Assembly: GCA_977016875.1 (NCBI GenBank)
Contig: CDRNST010000002.1
Span: 2,790,001-2,854,000, forward strand
DNA: 64,000 nucleotides
Direction: 5' to 3'
Source: Pavona decussata
Lineage: Eukaryota
Position numbers and translations under genes: made by a program. A model generated the notes under the pieces. That model did not search any database, was not told the origin of the DNA, and worked only from the letters and a program-made list of their open reading frames with translations. Of the stretch, positions 1 to 11,695 are shown in pieces. Positions within the stretch are counted from its first letter, which is position 1. Each line of letters opens with the position of its first letter.

Positions 1-1
1 G

Positions 2-176
2 ACTAGAGGACGCATTATCCGTCTGGAAGAACTTGGGCAAACATTTGTTGTTCGTCTGGTTATCCGTCTTTAGTATAAAGACGGGCACAAGACACATTGT
101 CCGTCTGGTTGAGGTATTTTCCGTTGTACGTCGTTCAAGACGAACAACGAAAGATAATTCGGTCCGGACACATAAA

Positions 177-207
<31 letters not shown>

Positions 208-271
208 AATAACCAGACGAATAACAAATGTTTGCCCAAGTTTGCCCAGACGGGATAATGCGTCCTCTAGT
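2..271. mobile_element. MITE / short foldback element with ~90-bp terminal inverted repeats (may extend beyond the window start)
   Basis: ACTAGAGGACGCATTATCC...GACGGGCACAAGAC (2-93) is the reverse complement of GTCTTGTGCCCGTC...GGATAATGCGTCCTCTAGT (179-271). Confidence 0.8.
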
Positions 272-278
272 AAAAAAC

Positions 279-372
279 GGCCAAAATATGCAAACAAAAC
301 TAATTTTCTTCTGAAAAGCTTTGCACTCAGCCTCGCTTTCATAATGAGGCTCACAGCAACTCGATCGGAAAT
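279..372. mobile_element. Partial copy of a dispersed MITE family (other copies at 24981-25156 and 60461-60612)
   Basis: Shares the core AAAACTAATTTTC...TTGCACTYAGCCTCGCTTTCATAATGAGG...GCAACTCG with the other two copies. Confidence 0.65.
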
Positions 373-1331
373 AGCGTATAAAGAAGTTGCCATAATGCAG
401 GTGAAAGAACAATATGACTCGCAGTCTCTTACAAGGTTCTCTCACCCAGCACTGATTTAAAAACAAGCGTAAAGAAATAAAAAAAGTACAAAATGATATA
501 TCTAGTAGATAGACTACAAAGATCAGGCAATTCGCAAAAAATTAACCAACAAGAGCAAACAGAATTCACAGAAAAAGTACGGTGACACTAAGGACAGATA
601 CGTTTACATTCTCTAGCCGTATGGAGGTCTCACAAGCAGAGAAGAGTCTGGATAGAAGACCCTTTCAATCCTTTTCAATTAAGGTTTAGTGTAAAGAAAC
701 GATGAAATGGAACGACGTCATGCTAGTATTGTCATAACCTCATCGCTTATTTGTCGAAGCGTTTTTCCTTATGCCTTTGGAATGAAGTGAATGATTCGAA
801 GTACTGAGAAAACACTTAACATTCAAGAACTGAAACCGTCAGGTGACACAACTGTTCCGAGTCCTTCCAAGTCAGTAACTTGTTTCACATCGCAGATTGA
901 CTGAGACAAAGGTTAAAGTTTTCAGTCCAATTTTTTAAATATGAATAAGCGATTTACAACAATAAATTTTGTGTTGATTGGAGAGAAAACAATACAACAA
1001 ACGCCTTACAGAGCTTTAAAAGCAATAGTAGCCCTCTGCTACAATGTTGATGTTAGTTGTGCTAAATGAGTTTCGGCAAATTACAGCACGCCTAGAGCTA
1101 TTTAGTCCGGCTTGTCAGTCTTTCTTTTTTTGTAATAAAAATCGGATTCTTACCTCTCGAACAACTACAGTTGAATGTTATTTTTCTGTACCGTCAAGAA
1201 ACATTATACTAATAGCGAACTTTGACCCACACTGACAGTTACTCAGGAGCCAGGGACGGTTTGGTTGCATGCTTGCATTTTGACGCTTTCTGGCGCCACT
1301 GCATCTCTTTGTAACTGCTAGCCACTGGACA

Positions 1332-1382
1332 AGAAAACAAAAACAACAAAAACAAAAACAAAAACAAAACAAAACAAGACAA

Positions 1383-1415
<33 letters not shown>

Positions 1416-1430
1416 AAACAACAACAAAAC
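1332..1430. repeat. (CAA)n/(CAAAA)n microsatellite
   Basis: Seen directly; it explains the poly-Cys and poly-Leu ORFs on the minus strand. Confidence 0.95.
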
Positions 1431-2346
1431 ATTTCTGGTCCTTGGCCAGAGCTAAAAAAAAAAGAAGCGTTCAAAAAGAACATCTAGCACTCAGCCCGTA
1501 CTGCAATTCTATCATGAGTTAGACTTGGGGATTTTAGTTGACCTCTTAACTTCTCCGTCTCGCGGGTTATTTGTTGAGAGCTATTGTAGTCTTTTGGCTG
1601 CCGCATTATTGCAATGGGTCGAGATGAAATAAGTAAAAAGTTTATGATTTTGTTCAGATAAGGGGCTTAAAAAATCTTCCGAATAATAATAATGACCGAA
1701 ATGGTTTGCTACTCGAGACTCACAAACCTAGCTCGTGACCTAGTAGCTACTTCTAAATGAACTCGAATTATGTAACAAGAAAGAGCGAAATAAGGACTTA
1801 CGAAGTGCTGTTGTAAGCGAAAATAACGCTTATCCGGAATCCGCTGGAGCTTTTTTTTTCGATACAAGCTGTCTGACCTCGTCGCAACACTCTGACAACG
1901 CGTGACGATAAATAGCTCGGTGCTTCATCATTTCTATATATATATTCATATAAAATCCTATATCCACTCACGTGTGACGACTACGCTCTCAGTGACGTCA
2001 TCACATAAAAAAAACGGTCATCAGCAAACATATTGTAAAAAAAAAATATCTTGGTGATAAATCAGGCATCTAGGTCTAAATCTAGTAGCTTAACCGTTGG
2101 ACAGCCTTCAAGGAATAGGCGGACAGAAAGACAGATTACACAAGAACTTTGTTTATTCAGGTCTTACAAAAATGCACAAATACTTTATCAGTGTTACCTA
2201 GCAACAACTTAACTATCACTACGATCACCTGACATTCACGATGCATAAATGTATGTAAGCTAAAATCTATTTTTACGTTTTTTCTGCCTTTTAAATTGAC
2301 ATTCATTCAATTACTAAACAGGAGTTATCGTTGATTTAGAAAAACA

Positions 2347-2512
2347 TTTAACTAAAAATACAAAAATTAAAGCGATTCGATGTTTCGATGTACATTATCA
2401 AGAAATAAATTCAACTGAAGTTGTGAAGGTCAGCCGCTGGCAATATTTCTTGATAATGGTGTTCGCTATTACATCAACGTCGAATCGCCTTAATTTTTGT
2501 ATTTTTAGTTAA
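2347..2512. repeat. Imperfect inverted repeat, MITE-like
   Basis: TTTAACTAAAAATACAAAAATTAAAGCGATTCGA... pairs with ...TCGAATCGCCTTAATTTTTGTATTTTTAGTTAAA. Confidence 0.7.
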
Positions 2513-2613
2513 AAATAGAGCTGTCCGCAAAAACAGGGAATGATAAAATAAAGTGCAAGTTCCCTGATCCGATCAGCCTATCACTGCTTTGTATGCGTCT
2601 CAGTTTGAGAACT

Positions 2614-3742
2614 CAGGGGCCGATCCAGGATTTTTGAAGAGGGGGTGGCTGACGCGACAGAACGATATCGGAATTNNNNNNNNNNNNNNNNNNNNNNNNN
2701 NNNNNNNNNNNNNNNNNNNNNNNNNNNNNNNNNNNNNNNNNNNNNNNNNNNNNNNNNNNNNNNNNNNNNNNNNNNNNNNNNNNNNNNNNNNNNNNNNNNN
2801 NNNNNNNNNNNNNNNNNNNNNNNNNNNNNNNNNNNNNNNTAGAGTAAGATTATATTTACGTAGGCTGTGGTCACAAACAAGCAAACCTACCTATTATTCG
2901 TACTGCGTTCCTCAGCCACGCGTGAAGTGATCTTTCAGCCTCCGTGCTTTCCCTTCTGTAACACCGCAAGGATCGTAAGTTCTCGGATATTAGAAAAGAA
3001 CATGTTATTAGCATGTGTCTAAAAGGCAGGTTGCTGAAATTTTGTCTGACTCTGCTTGACGCTTCCGGTAATTGTTCCAGCGAAACAGGTCACTCTCAAA
3101 GGTTGGTTGGCGGACGTTGCCGCAGTACGTGATCTCACTTCTGTTGCAGTACTTTACCAATTCAACATCCATGGCTTCTTTGGACTTCGTAACGATTACA
3201 GTAGGAATGAGAGCACAGAGTTCGTAATGGGTCTACTTTTGTTTGCTAAAGCGAGACTTCAGTTCTCAGAAAATTATGCCGAGTAAAGGTATTGCCACTG
3301 TTCGCTGCCAGCACTGTACCACTGAATCTGTTGGGGTGTTATCCCGATTCCGATATCTACTGCAAATACACGGACGTTGTTCAGTAGACCCCACTAGTTC
3401 TGAAAGAGTTAAGACCTCTTCGTACAGGCGTTCGAACGACGACTTTCAATTTCATTTCCGGTATAATTCATCTAGATGGCCTTGTAAAGCAGCAACGAGT
3501 GGTCATATTGGTTCCAAAAGTTCCTTTGCGCAAACAAAGCTCAAATATGTGAGAAGTTTGTCATGTTGTGCCTCAGTCCATTGTTTTAGTGTGCGGGTGT
3601 CCCAGCTCCATTCTTCATCATAAGAAGCGCTCGTCGGGTCAGTTGTTATACTTTGGTTACCTTTTATATTTTGACCTTTAACGACCCTAAAGAGGGGGGT
3701 GGCTAGCCACCCAATCCACCTCCCCCCCTGGATCCACCCCTG
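2614..3742. mobile_element. Non-autonomous hAT-like DNA transposon with a 5-bp TSD (spans an assembly gap)
   Basis: Termini CAGGGGCCGATCCAGG...CCTGGATCCACCCCTG, flanked on both sides by GAACT (2609-2613 and 3743-3747). Confidence 0.7.
2676..2839. other. Assembly gap (N run)
   Basis: Run of N characters. Confidence 1.
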
Positions 3743-3867
3743 GAACTTTATTTGGTACTACGACACTTTGGATAAGTCTTTTTGTTAAAATTATTAAATT
3801 TTGTTACATCAATGTGTGTATTTTGCAGTCTCAGACAACTCTGATTTTGTCATCTGTTGAGGAATCC

Positions 3868-4053
3868 NNNNNNNNNNNNNNNNNNNNNNNNNNNNNNNNN
3901 NNNNNNNNNNNNNNNNNNNNNNNNNNNNNNNNNNNNNNNNNNNNNNNNNNNNNNNNNNNNNNNNNNNNNNNNNNNNNNNNNNNNNNNNNNNNNNNNNNNN
4001 NNNNNNNNNNNNNNNNNNNNNNNNNNNNNNNNNNNNNNNNNNNNNNNNNNNNN
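3868..4053. other. Assembly gap (N run)
   Basis: Run of N characters. Confidence 1.
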
Positions 4054-5194
4054 AACTTTTATTACGCGGGATGCCCTTGGGCAGACCGCGTCAAGGATTG
4101 GGTCGGGCATGGTTTTTTTCTCCTTTTTTTTCTTCATCGTAGTCACAAATTGTAATGAATAAATTTATTAAACCTGGATTAAATCCTGTTCTGTCCTAGA
4201 AGGGATATTTTTGCCCTCTTTTCGTGTCATTGTCTTCAACAAAAATGGCCCAATCAGTATCCATTATCTGCACGTATGTCAGGAGGGAGGGGACCAACTC
4301 ATCATTACATGCATGTGTGACGTCACATAGCCACGATCTGGGGCCTAGAAAGAGAGGCTTTCCTTCAAATTGGCGGCCATGTTGATTTCACGCATCAAGA
4401 CGCTAATATGCAGCAAGAAAATCTTTTTGAACAACTTCTAAGAAGTGCTCGACAGTTTAAACGGTGGAAAATGGAGAGTTCACGGCAAAGAAATTACGCT
4501 TTGACTGACAGATTGCGTATCTAAATGCGAAGAGGAAAGGTCATAAGCGTAAAATCCTCACTGGCACGCGACGCTACAGACTTTGTCGAGCTGATGCATG
4601 AGCGTTATTGGGAATCTACCTCACAAAAAAATTAAAAGTTTGATTGTCAATTTTTACTGAAAGTTTTCATTTAGGAAAGCATTTTGTCTGTTTGTCTCCC
4701 TGTTTCCTTGATGAAACGAGGACACTTCGTAATCTTACACTTACTGATTACATAACCAGAATATAAATAGCGCTTGTAAGGTTTGTAATCGATGTTCGTA
4801 CGCTTTTCAATGTTCCGCTGTTTATATTTATAGATTGATACAGGGAAAACATTTGCTAAGAAGAATACCTCGGGCTTCACACGGACGCTTTAATCCTCAC
4901 GTTATCACCTTTGATTTGGAGACAGAAACCGTTTGTAATACCATACTGCTGATTGTTTACATTTGCATTTCCATTTATTTGTACGTTAAACAATTCTGAC
5001 TGTGGGTTCACATCCCGCGTTAACGCCTATACGCGTCTTGTTCTCTATATTTCGTTCACAGTAATCGAGATATTGCTATTTCAAGATTTTTAAAATAAGC
5101 CAATCAATAAATAGTATGATAACGATCGCAGACTACATTCACCCTTCTGTTGGGGAAAAAGAGACGGGTTTTGCCGACTTGAAAAGGTTTTGTA

Positions 5195-5346
5195 CAAGGT
5201 CGTAACATGGTATATGGGCTCAGGGCTCAAAGCCCAAAATATGACTGGGATCAGGGCTCAGAGGAAAGGGCTCAGGGCTCAGAAGAATGGGATCAGGGAT
5301 CACAAGGCTTTTGAGCTCGAATCAGGGATCAGAATTGTCACACCAT
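5195..5346 (+). repeat. Subterminal GGGMTCA tandem-motif block, possibly the left end of the P-like transposon
   Basis: Starts CAAGGTCGTAAC and is followed by repeated GGGCTCA/GGGATCA units. It lies ~0.5 kb upstream of the decayed transposase; no matching right end was found. Confidence 0.45.
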
Positions 5347-5799
5347 GAATACACGGTAAAAAAATCTCTTATCACAATATATTTCCGCGTAATAAGGTTT
5401 CTGTCCATAGAATTTCCTGGCCGACGTACATTTCCTATTCTTGCTTCCGGCTGGGGGCAATTACTGTCATGCGAGTCAGTTGTTTGACAAAAACATGGTA
5501 TCGTATTCTTAATTAATTCAATTGTTGAGCGGACTTTCCTGGCCTTGTTACGCAACTCTGCCTACGGCTCTCTGGGCTCTTCTCAACGCGCTGTGTACAT
5601 ATCCTGACATATCTTTTTTTGTGAGAAATGGGTAAGAGGAAAAAGGAGAAAAAGAAGTCGCGGGACAGAGAAAGGTACGTAAGTACATCTTTGACTGGTT
5701 TTACTTTGTACTTACTCCTGGCAAGTCTTCAAGCATAACAATACAGGACAATAGACAAACCGATTCATTAAAAGCGGAATTTACTTGATTTACTGATAG

Positions 5800-8597
5800 G
5801 AGGAGGAGGAGCACCACGGATTGAGCACTATGATAACGACAGCCGTAAGGTTGTGCAGACATCCAAACATTGTCTTTTAAATGGGACTCAATGTGTAATT
5901 TCCTGTGAAGAATGCAAAGAAGAAGGAATTGCGTGCGACGAATGTGAACAAGCTGGGCATACAAGTATAAAGCCGATGGGACGCAAGTGAGCTCGTTGTC
6001 AGGTTGGCAAGTTGGAGTGTTATCGATTACAAGAGTTGTCATGGGTGTCTGACTCAGAAGTCTCCGAGAGAAGCCATATGTCTAGTATCGCAAATGAAGA
6101 CACCAGAGTTCCTGTTCCAGACCCTCCGCATGTTCTCAAGCTAGTAAGGAGTGGGCTCTTCAACTATTGGGTTCTACATGGAAACTATCTCTTTAATCTG
6201 AAGCTCCTGCGTTCTGCCAGGGAGGATTCCAACGAGGCTATTTCCAAGCCTTTTGCACAGTCACTTCCCCGCAGCTGTATACGCAACAAAGATCAAATGA
6301 ACATGGCGACTGCTGTAGGCCTTTTTAAAGAGAACCTGTTAAATGGTTTGCCAGATGACCCATTAGTTTGCACCCTTGTTCCAGAACAGGACAGATTTTG
6401 GCGGCAAAACCCAGCAAAGAGCATCTAAAAATTTCCCACTGAAGTTGCATTTTCTTCAAAACACAGCATCCTGATCATTACAGATAAAGCAAAATCAACG
6501 GTGTACATGGCGAATATACACAACCCGGTGTGCATCATTCCGATTGCAGGTCCAGATGTTGGAATTTCCAGTCCAACTGGCTTGGCTATCAGGGACAACT
6601 ACGTGATCGTTGTGAACTCTGGCGCAGAGACAAGCTTTAAAGTTGTTGACATCGCCCCAATTTTAAAGAAGAGTAGAGCGTTGCTACATATTGAGTCGGA
6701 TAATGGTGACGAAATTGGAGATGAAGAAGGCAGTATCAGGACAGCGAAAGTTAAGGTTTACGACATCCAGCTTTGGTCAAGAGCAGAGAATTTAAACATT
6801 GGCAAGATTATTTCATTAACGTGTGAACCAAATGGTGATAGAGAGCAAATGACTGCTAACTCTACTTTGTTTGGATTGTCTTGCAATAAATCCATTTACA
6901 AGTTTTGCGAGTTTGGTACAGATCAATCGGGCAAACGATTCAAGATGAGAGCCGGGAATTACTATGCCTTTGGCGGCGGCGAACAACCGTTATGCATATA
7001 CCAGCGTCTTAATGGAATTTACATAAATCCCTACAACAAGGGCATCCGATGCGTACAGCAACTCAACCAGTCCCAGGTCCGAGTCATTGATGTCTTTGAG
7101 AAAGCACCATCCTTAATACTAGGTACGACGAAAACCTCCGAAAAGCTCAGTAGTATTCTCCGATGCATCTGACCACACTCTTAATTACTTAGATGATAAC
7201 AAAGTGACCGTAACATTGGGTGAATCAGAAGGTTTTCGAGATGGTTACTCACTTTACTTCAACTCTCCATCACACATCACGTTATTTCAAGAGAACATCT
7301 TCGTTTGCGACGTGAACAACAAGGCCCTGCGTTTGGTGTCGAGTATGAGTGTTTACAAGCAATTTGGCAGGCAGCTCTCAGCCTTTATAGACCTTATCCA
7401 ACTAGATAAAGATTTTGCCTACCAGGGAGCAGAGCCAACACTGGACGAAGGAATTGCGACACTGAAAGACCTTGCCACCACAATGAACTATACAGAACGA
7501 GCAGCTCACTTTCGCACAGGGAAGCGATGCTCCCAGGGCCCAGATCTGGCACTCACGAAACCTTGCAGAGATTCCTTTTCGATGCTTCTGAAGTCGTTGA
7601 AGAAAGTAAGGAAGATTCTTGATGACTTTGACCACTTAAAAGAAGGGCTTTTGTTTTCTTCCTTCACCACCTTAGATTTGGAGCAATTTTTTAGTGGAAT
7701 GAGAACACCCGCTCGCCCAACCCCCGAAAAGAACGACTATGCATCGCGGAGGCCCAGCTGCATTTTAGAATCTATAGAGAGGCTATATCAATCCTCGTTC
7801 ATCTTTTATACCGGTTCTCAAAGCCATTATACACAGAGAAAGCTGGGTCTAAAGGCACCGGAATGGCTTCGAAAGTCCCACGGCAAGGGTAACGAGGATG
7901 TGGACGAAGAAACGTGCGCGGAGGAAATAGAGAGACAAAGGAAGGCATTGCAGGGCTTTGCGAAGGAATTTGGACGGGGTGTACGACAACAAAGAACAAG
8001 TGGGAAGACCAAAGAAAGACCTGGTACACTTCCACTTGCCCTGAGTATGTTCAGAAGGAATGTGTCGGCACATGGAGAAATCAATCTACTGAAAGAGGTT
8101 CAAGGGAGTGAAGGACAATCTACAGCTCATGACGCCGTCGAGGAATACGAGATTGTCTTTTCAAAAGGCTATGTAGTTGCTCTCAAGCACAACTACAAGA
8201 GGTATATTATTCCTTTCTTCCTTGCAGTTCTTTCAGAATATCTCCACCATAACGGTGATGCATTCCTGGAAGATGGCATGAGGTTGAGATGGCTGGAACA
8301 GTCAGATGAAGATCCCCTTGTATACAAGACTGGGCACCAGGACGACAGAAATTCACCGGAGTGTATTATCGAGAAAGTTGAGATAATAAAAGATGGAAAC
8401 AACTTCTGTTTGAGCCACCATGAAGAACAACGCCTAGTTGCATTGCTTCAGGGGTCAGTTGAATCAGATGATTCATCGGAGTCAAGTGGTGATGAGGCCA
8501 GGGGAGCAAGGTCAGGTGGACAACTTTTCAGAGCCCATTAGATTCGAAGCTGGAAGGAGTAGGTCTGGAAGACCGACGACCAGATATGTCCTTTGAC
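5800..8597 (+). pseudogene. Decayed P-element/THAP9-like DDE transposase (~900+ codons) with a Cys-rich insert and NHL-like repeats
   Basis: ORFs 6012-6428 and 6501-7172 share one frame, broken by TGA 5988-90 and TAA 6426-28; a frameshift near 7120-7200 leads into 7204-8541. P-superfamily motifs: WVSDSE (second Asp), PDPPHVLKLVRSGLFN (D-x2-H motif, compare DxPHLIKLVRN), RNKDQMN and FTTLDLEQFFSGMR (catalytic Glu, compare QDxLENFFSxIR). NHL-like segments: FPTEVAFSSKHSILIITD, SSPTGLAIRDNYVIVVN and GFRDGYSLYFNSPSHITLFQENIFVCDVNNKALRLV. Confidence 0.75.
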
Positions 8598-9113
8598 AAT
8601 CTAGTTATTAAATCAGGAAAAGCCAATGGCGGGCTTGATACAGAAAAGCTGTTGAGCTTTAGAACCTGTGGCCTGCCCCATTTCATTTTTCTACTTCATG
8701 TAAAGCAGGTGGCTTGCTATTGGTAATTGATCTAAACCCCAACAACATCAACAGGGATGGGGGAAAAGAAATTCCAAAAGTTGGTTGCCCTTAACCAAGA
8801 AACACAGCAGTAGGAGATCCGTAAGACAACGGATCAGTGAGGCAACAGCTCAAACAAAATGCACCAATCCCAGCAGTTAAGAACCGATCAACCAGAACCG
8901 AGCTTGGAGTCATATAAGTTCAAAGTGTTGCAATTCCTGATAAAAACTCGCAGTACGCATTTGAAACGTCGAGATCTACATCATTAAGTGACTACATCGT
9001 GAGACAAACGATTACACTTTTTCAATAATACATTACTGTAGACCACTAACGCCTGTCAGCCAGAAGGAGGAAAAAGATCTCAATGTCAAAAGGTATGACC
9101 GCTGAATGAATGA

Positions 9114-9203
9114 CATCCTCGGAGACCCAGGGGCAGTCAGTCAGTCAGTCAGTCAGTCGGGGACGGGCCAAATGGCGCAACGAAAGTTTGGTCTCCGAGA
9201 ATG
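9114..9203. mobile_element. Short MITE inserted in a (GAAT)n tract
   Basis: TIRs CATCCTCGGAGACC / GGTCTCCGAGAATG, with an internal (CAGT)n run. Confidence 0.7.
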
Positions 9204-9269
9204 AATGAATGACTACCTGAGTAACTAACTGAATGAATGGCTCAGCGAATATTTGGTTTTATCGACAGC

Positions 9270-10100
9270 GTTGATAAGGTAATTTGATCACCGAAAAGAG
9301 ATTCGAGTGCTGACGTTTCGAGCGTTAGCCCTTCGTCAGAGCGAATCAAGGAATTATGGGTTGTACATGTGTCTTATACAGTGAGCAGAGCTGCTACGCT
9401 ATTGGTGGGAGCATGGTAACGCAGAGAACAAAAATATATTATGCGTTTGTTGATTCCGTGGAGATTAAAGAGTACCATTTAGAAGATGAATTTTTGCTCC
9501 AAACTTTTGCGGCTTTCAGCCACTTTGCCACCATTATGTCAGTAGAGAAATACCACGGGCTGCCATGTGTTTGTAAAAATGGTTAGAAATTTTCGAGCGA
9601 CTGGTTTGGATACATCTTTGCAATTTCTTTCAACGGCTCGAAGACGTTCGTGAAATCGGTCGCACAGACTCCTTCCTGTCTCACCAATGTATAACATTTT
9701 GCATAAAGAGCATTTTATGAAATAGACGACATTAGCGGAGGTACATGCGAAATGATGGGTGATTTTAATAGATTGTTTGGGTCCCGAAATTTTATCGACG
9801 TTCTATAGTTTTGCATCGTTCGCAAGCATTTAAAACTAGGTTGATCGTCAGATTTCAGTTCCCTTACAACTAGAAAGTTACCTTTTTTTTCATCGCGTTT
9901 CAACTGATGAAATCAGTGGAGATCGTGAAAAAAATTGTCACTGGTTTCGGGGTCATTTTCGAGCAACTTGAAGTTCTCCAAAAAAGGATGCTTGGTTATG
10001 TGGACGAAAGGTGCTGGTGAATGGAATTCTCTCGTTCTATTCCTTCTGTGACGTGGCGCTGACTGTCAGACAATTGGTTGAGAGCAGTGTCGGTCTGTAT
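9270..10100 (-). mobile_element. Degenerate Penelope-like retroelement 3' part (GIY-YIG endonuclease plus terminal repeat)
   Basis: Frameshifted minus-strand translation gives KRDEKKGNFLV, GPKQSIKITHHFACTSANVVYFIKCSLCKMLYIGETGR, SKPVAR and ESRKSLEQKFIF...HGIN, the typical Penelope GIY-YIG C-terminus. A hammerhead-containing terminal repeat follows. Confidence 0.8.
9301..9346 (-). ncRNA. Minimal type I hammerhead ribozyme of a Penelope-like element
   Basis: Minus strand reads ATTCGCT-CTGACGA-AGGGCTAACGCTC-GAAACGTC^AGCACTCGAAT: CUGAnGA and GAAA core, short stem II, palindromic ACGU stem III, GUC cleavage triplet, and stem I GCT/AGC plus ATTCG/CGAAT. Confidence 0.8.
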
Positions 10101-11510
10101 TGACAATAGACCTGGTATAGTCACGTGTTTTGAAGAAGGGCGCTTTCCTCTGATTTGTTGGAAAAATCAGTCATCAATCACGTCATAAACGTCGAAGTAT
10201 AAGATATTGAGGAAACGGAATAGAGTTTTTCAGGTGAGGCGGGTGATAATGGGGGATAATGTCGACGTCTTTAATATCTGTTTTCCCTTGAATATTGTTC
10301 TGTGTCATCCAGATTCTTCCACAGATGGTCGATTTCTTCAGTTCTGGTTGTTTTCAGTTAATCTTCTATTTGGAGACGCCTAAATGTTGTCGTAAGTTTT
10401 TGTTTACTCTGTTCATATCTGATAAAGAAGTCCTTTTAAAAGTTCCCTCAGCTCACGTTTGTTCGAATTCATTGTAGCGCCTCCATATGTTTCATTTCAT
10501 TTCCATTTCAATATTTGAAGCTATACAATGTTTGCAATCTGTTTTGGATATGGTCAAGGGATGCTTTCGTGTCAATTAAATTAATTTCTTAATATTATGG
10601 GTGACAAATTACTCCTTAATTTTGGCGCGAAATTGTATCGTTAATTTGTGAAATTACAAAATTTAAAACTTCCCAAACTACATGCCAGGAGTAAAATAAA
10701 GGAAGAATTAACGATTAATAAAAAGAGGCAAAGTTTCTAAAGGGGCAAAAGGTCTAACTTGATTTAAACAAGCAAAGCTGAAGTAATTTTCTTCGCCAAA
10801 TGATCAATGCAGTTTAACCAAAAAAGCGAAGAAACCGTATAACTCTTTAGAGGCTTCTGAATTCCACTGAATTGTGATGAATCGCAAATCAGTAACCATT
10901 CTCATATCAAACAATAACCTGTCTTAAACACCATGACACTCATTTATTATTTTTTTTGTACACTTTAAACTTTCACTTAGCTAACCATTACAAACAGCAA
11001 AATTAAAGAAACGTAAGAAGAATTGACTGTCATGGGGTACAGAAAACACGGAAAAGCAACAACGACAAAATCTTACACTAGTATAATTAACTTATACCAT
11101 AAACAATAGAAACATGTCAGCTTAATATGCCCCGTTCACACTAAAACAGATTGTTTAAATTTAAACGCGTTCTTAAATTGGTTTCTCAACAGAAGTTTCG
11201 TAGTGATGTTTTTCGTCGAGAATAAGATTTAGCACAGTGAATTCACAAACACAGCTCACTTGAACTTCATCTAACAATCACTTTTTCAATTGTATGTCAC
11301 CGATTTTCATTTTGCTTAAGCTCGTTTAAGAACTGTTTAGTTAGTGTGAATAGAGCATAAGCCTAACTATTTCTAGCTGGTAAAACATTGTTCACTTTTG
11401 GTTGAAGAACAAAATTTGACTTGTCATAACAGAAAAAGCAAAATTTCTCTTACAAAATGAGAAACGTACTTGCATTAGAACTAAGAACACGATTATTTAT
11501 TTTGTGTGAG

Positions 11511-11695
11511 TATACACTTATGCAAAAATGGCTAACATTTTAACATTCTCTTGTCTCCATTCAAATTAGCCGTACGAGCCTCGTTTAGGGTAAAATATTC
11601 TTTTGATCTTTAAACTCAAGAACAAGGTTTGTAAGGCTAATTTAAATGGAAACAAAAGAATCTTAAACGTCAGCCATTTTTGCAGAGGGTCTATA
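11511..11695. mobile_element. TA-flanked MITE (second copy at 13729-13920)
   Basis: TIR TATACACTTATGCAAAAATGGCTAAC / GTCAGCCATTTTTGCAGAGGGTCTATA. Confidence 0.75.

Noticed and set aside
1178-1483. Cys-rich / Leu-rich ORFs
   Set aside because: Translations of a (CAA)n microsatellite.
2581-4162. ORFs containing X runs
   Set aside because: Artefacts of assembly gaps.
5988-5990. TGA at a Cys position as possible selenocysteine
   Set aside because: The same frame also has a TAA and frameshifts; a TGY-to-TGA nonsense mutation in a dead transposon is simpler, and no SECIS was identified.
5701-8541. Horizontally acquired bacterial or viral NHL gene or operon
   Set aside because: The three ORFs are pieces of one disrupted frame with transposase motifs, and there are no operon-like signals.
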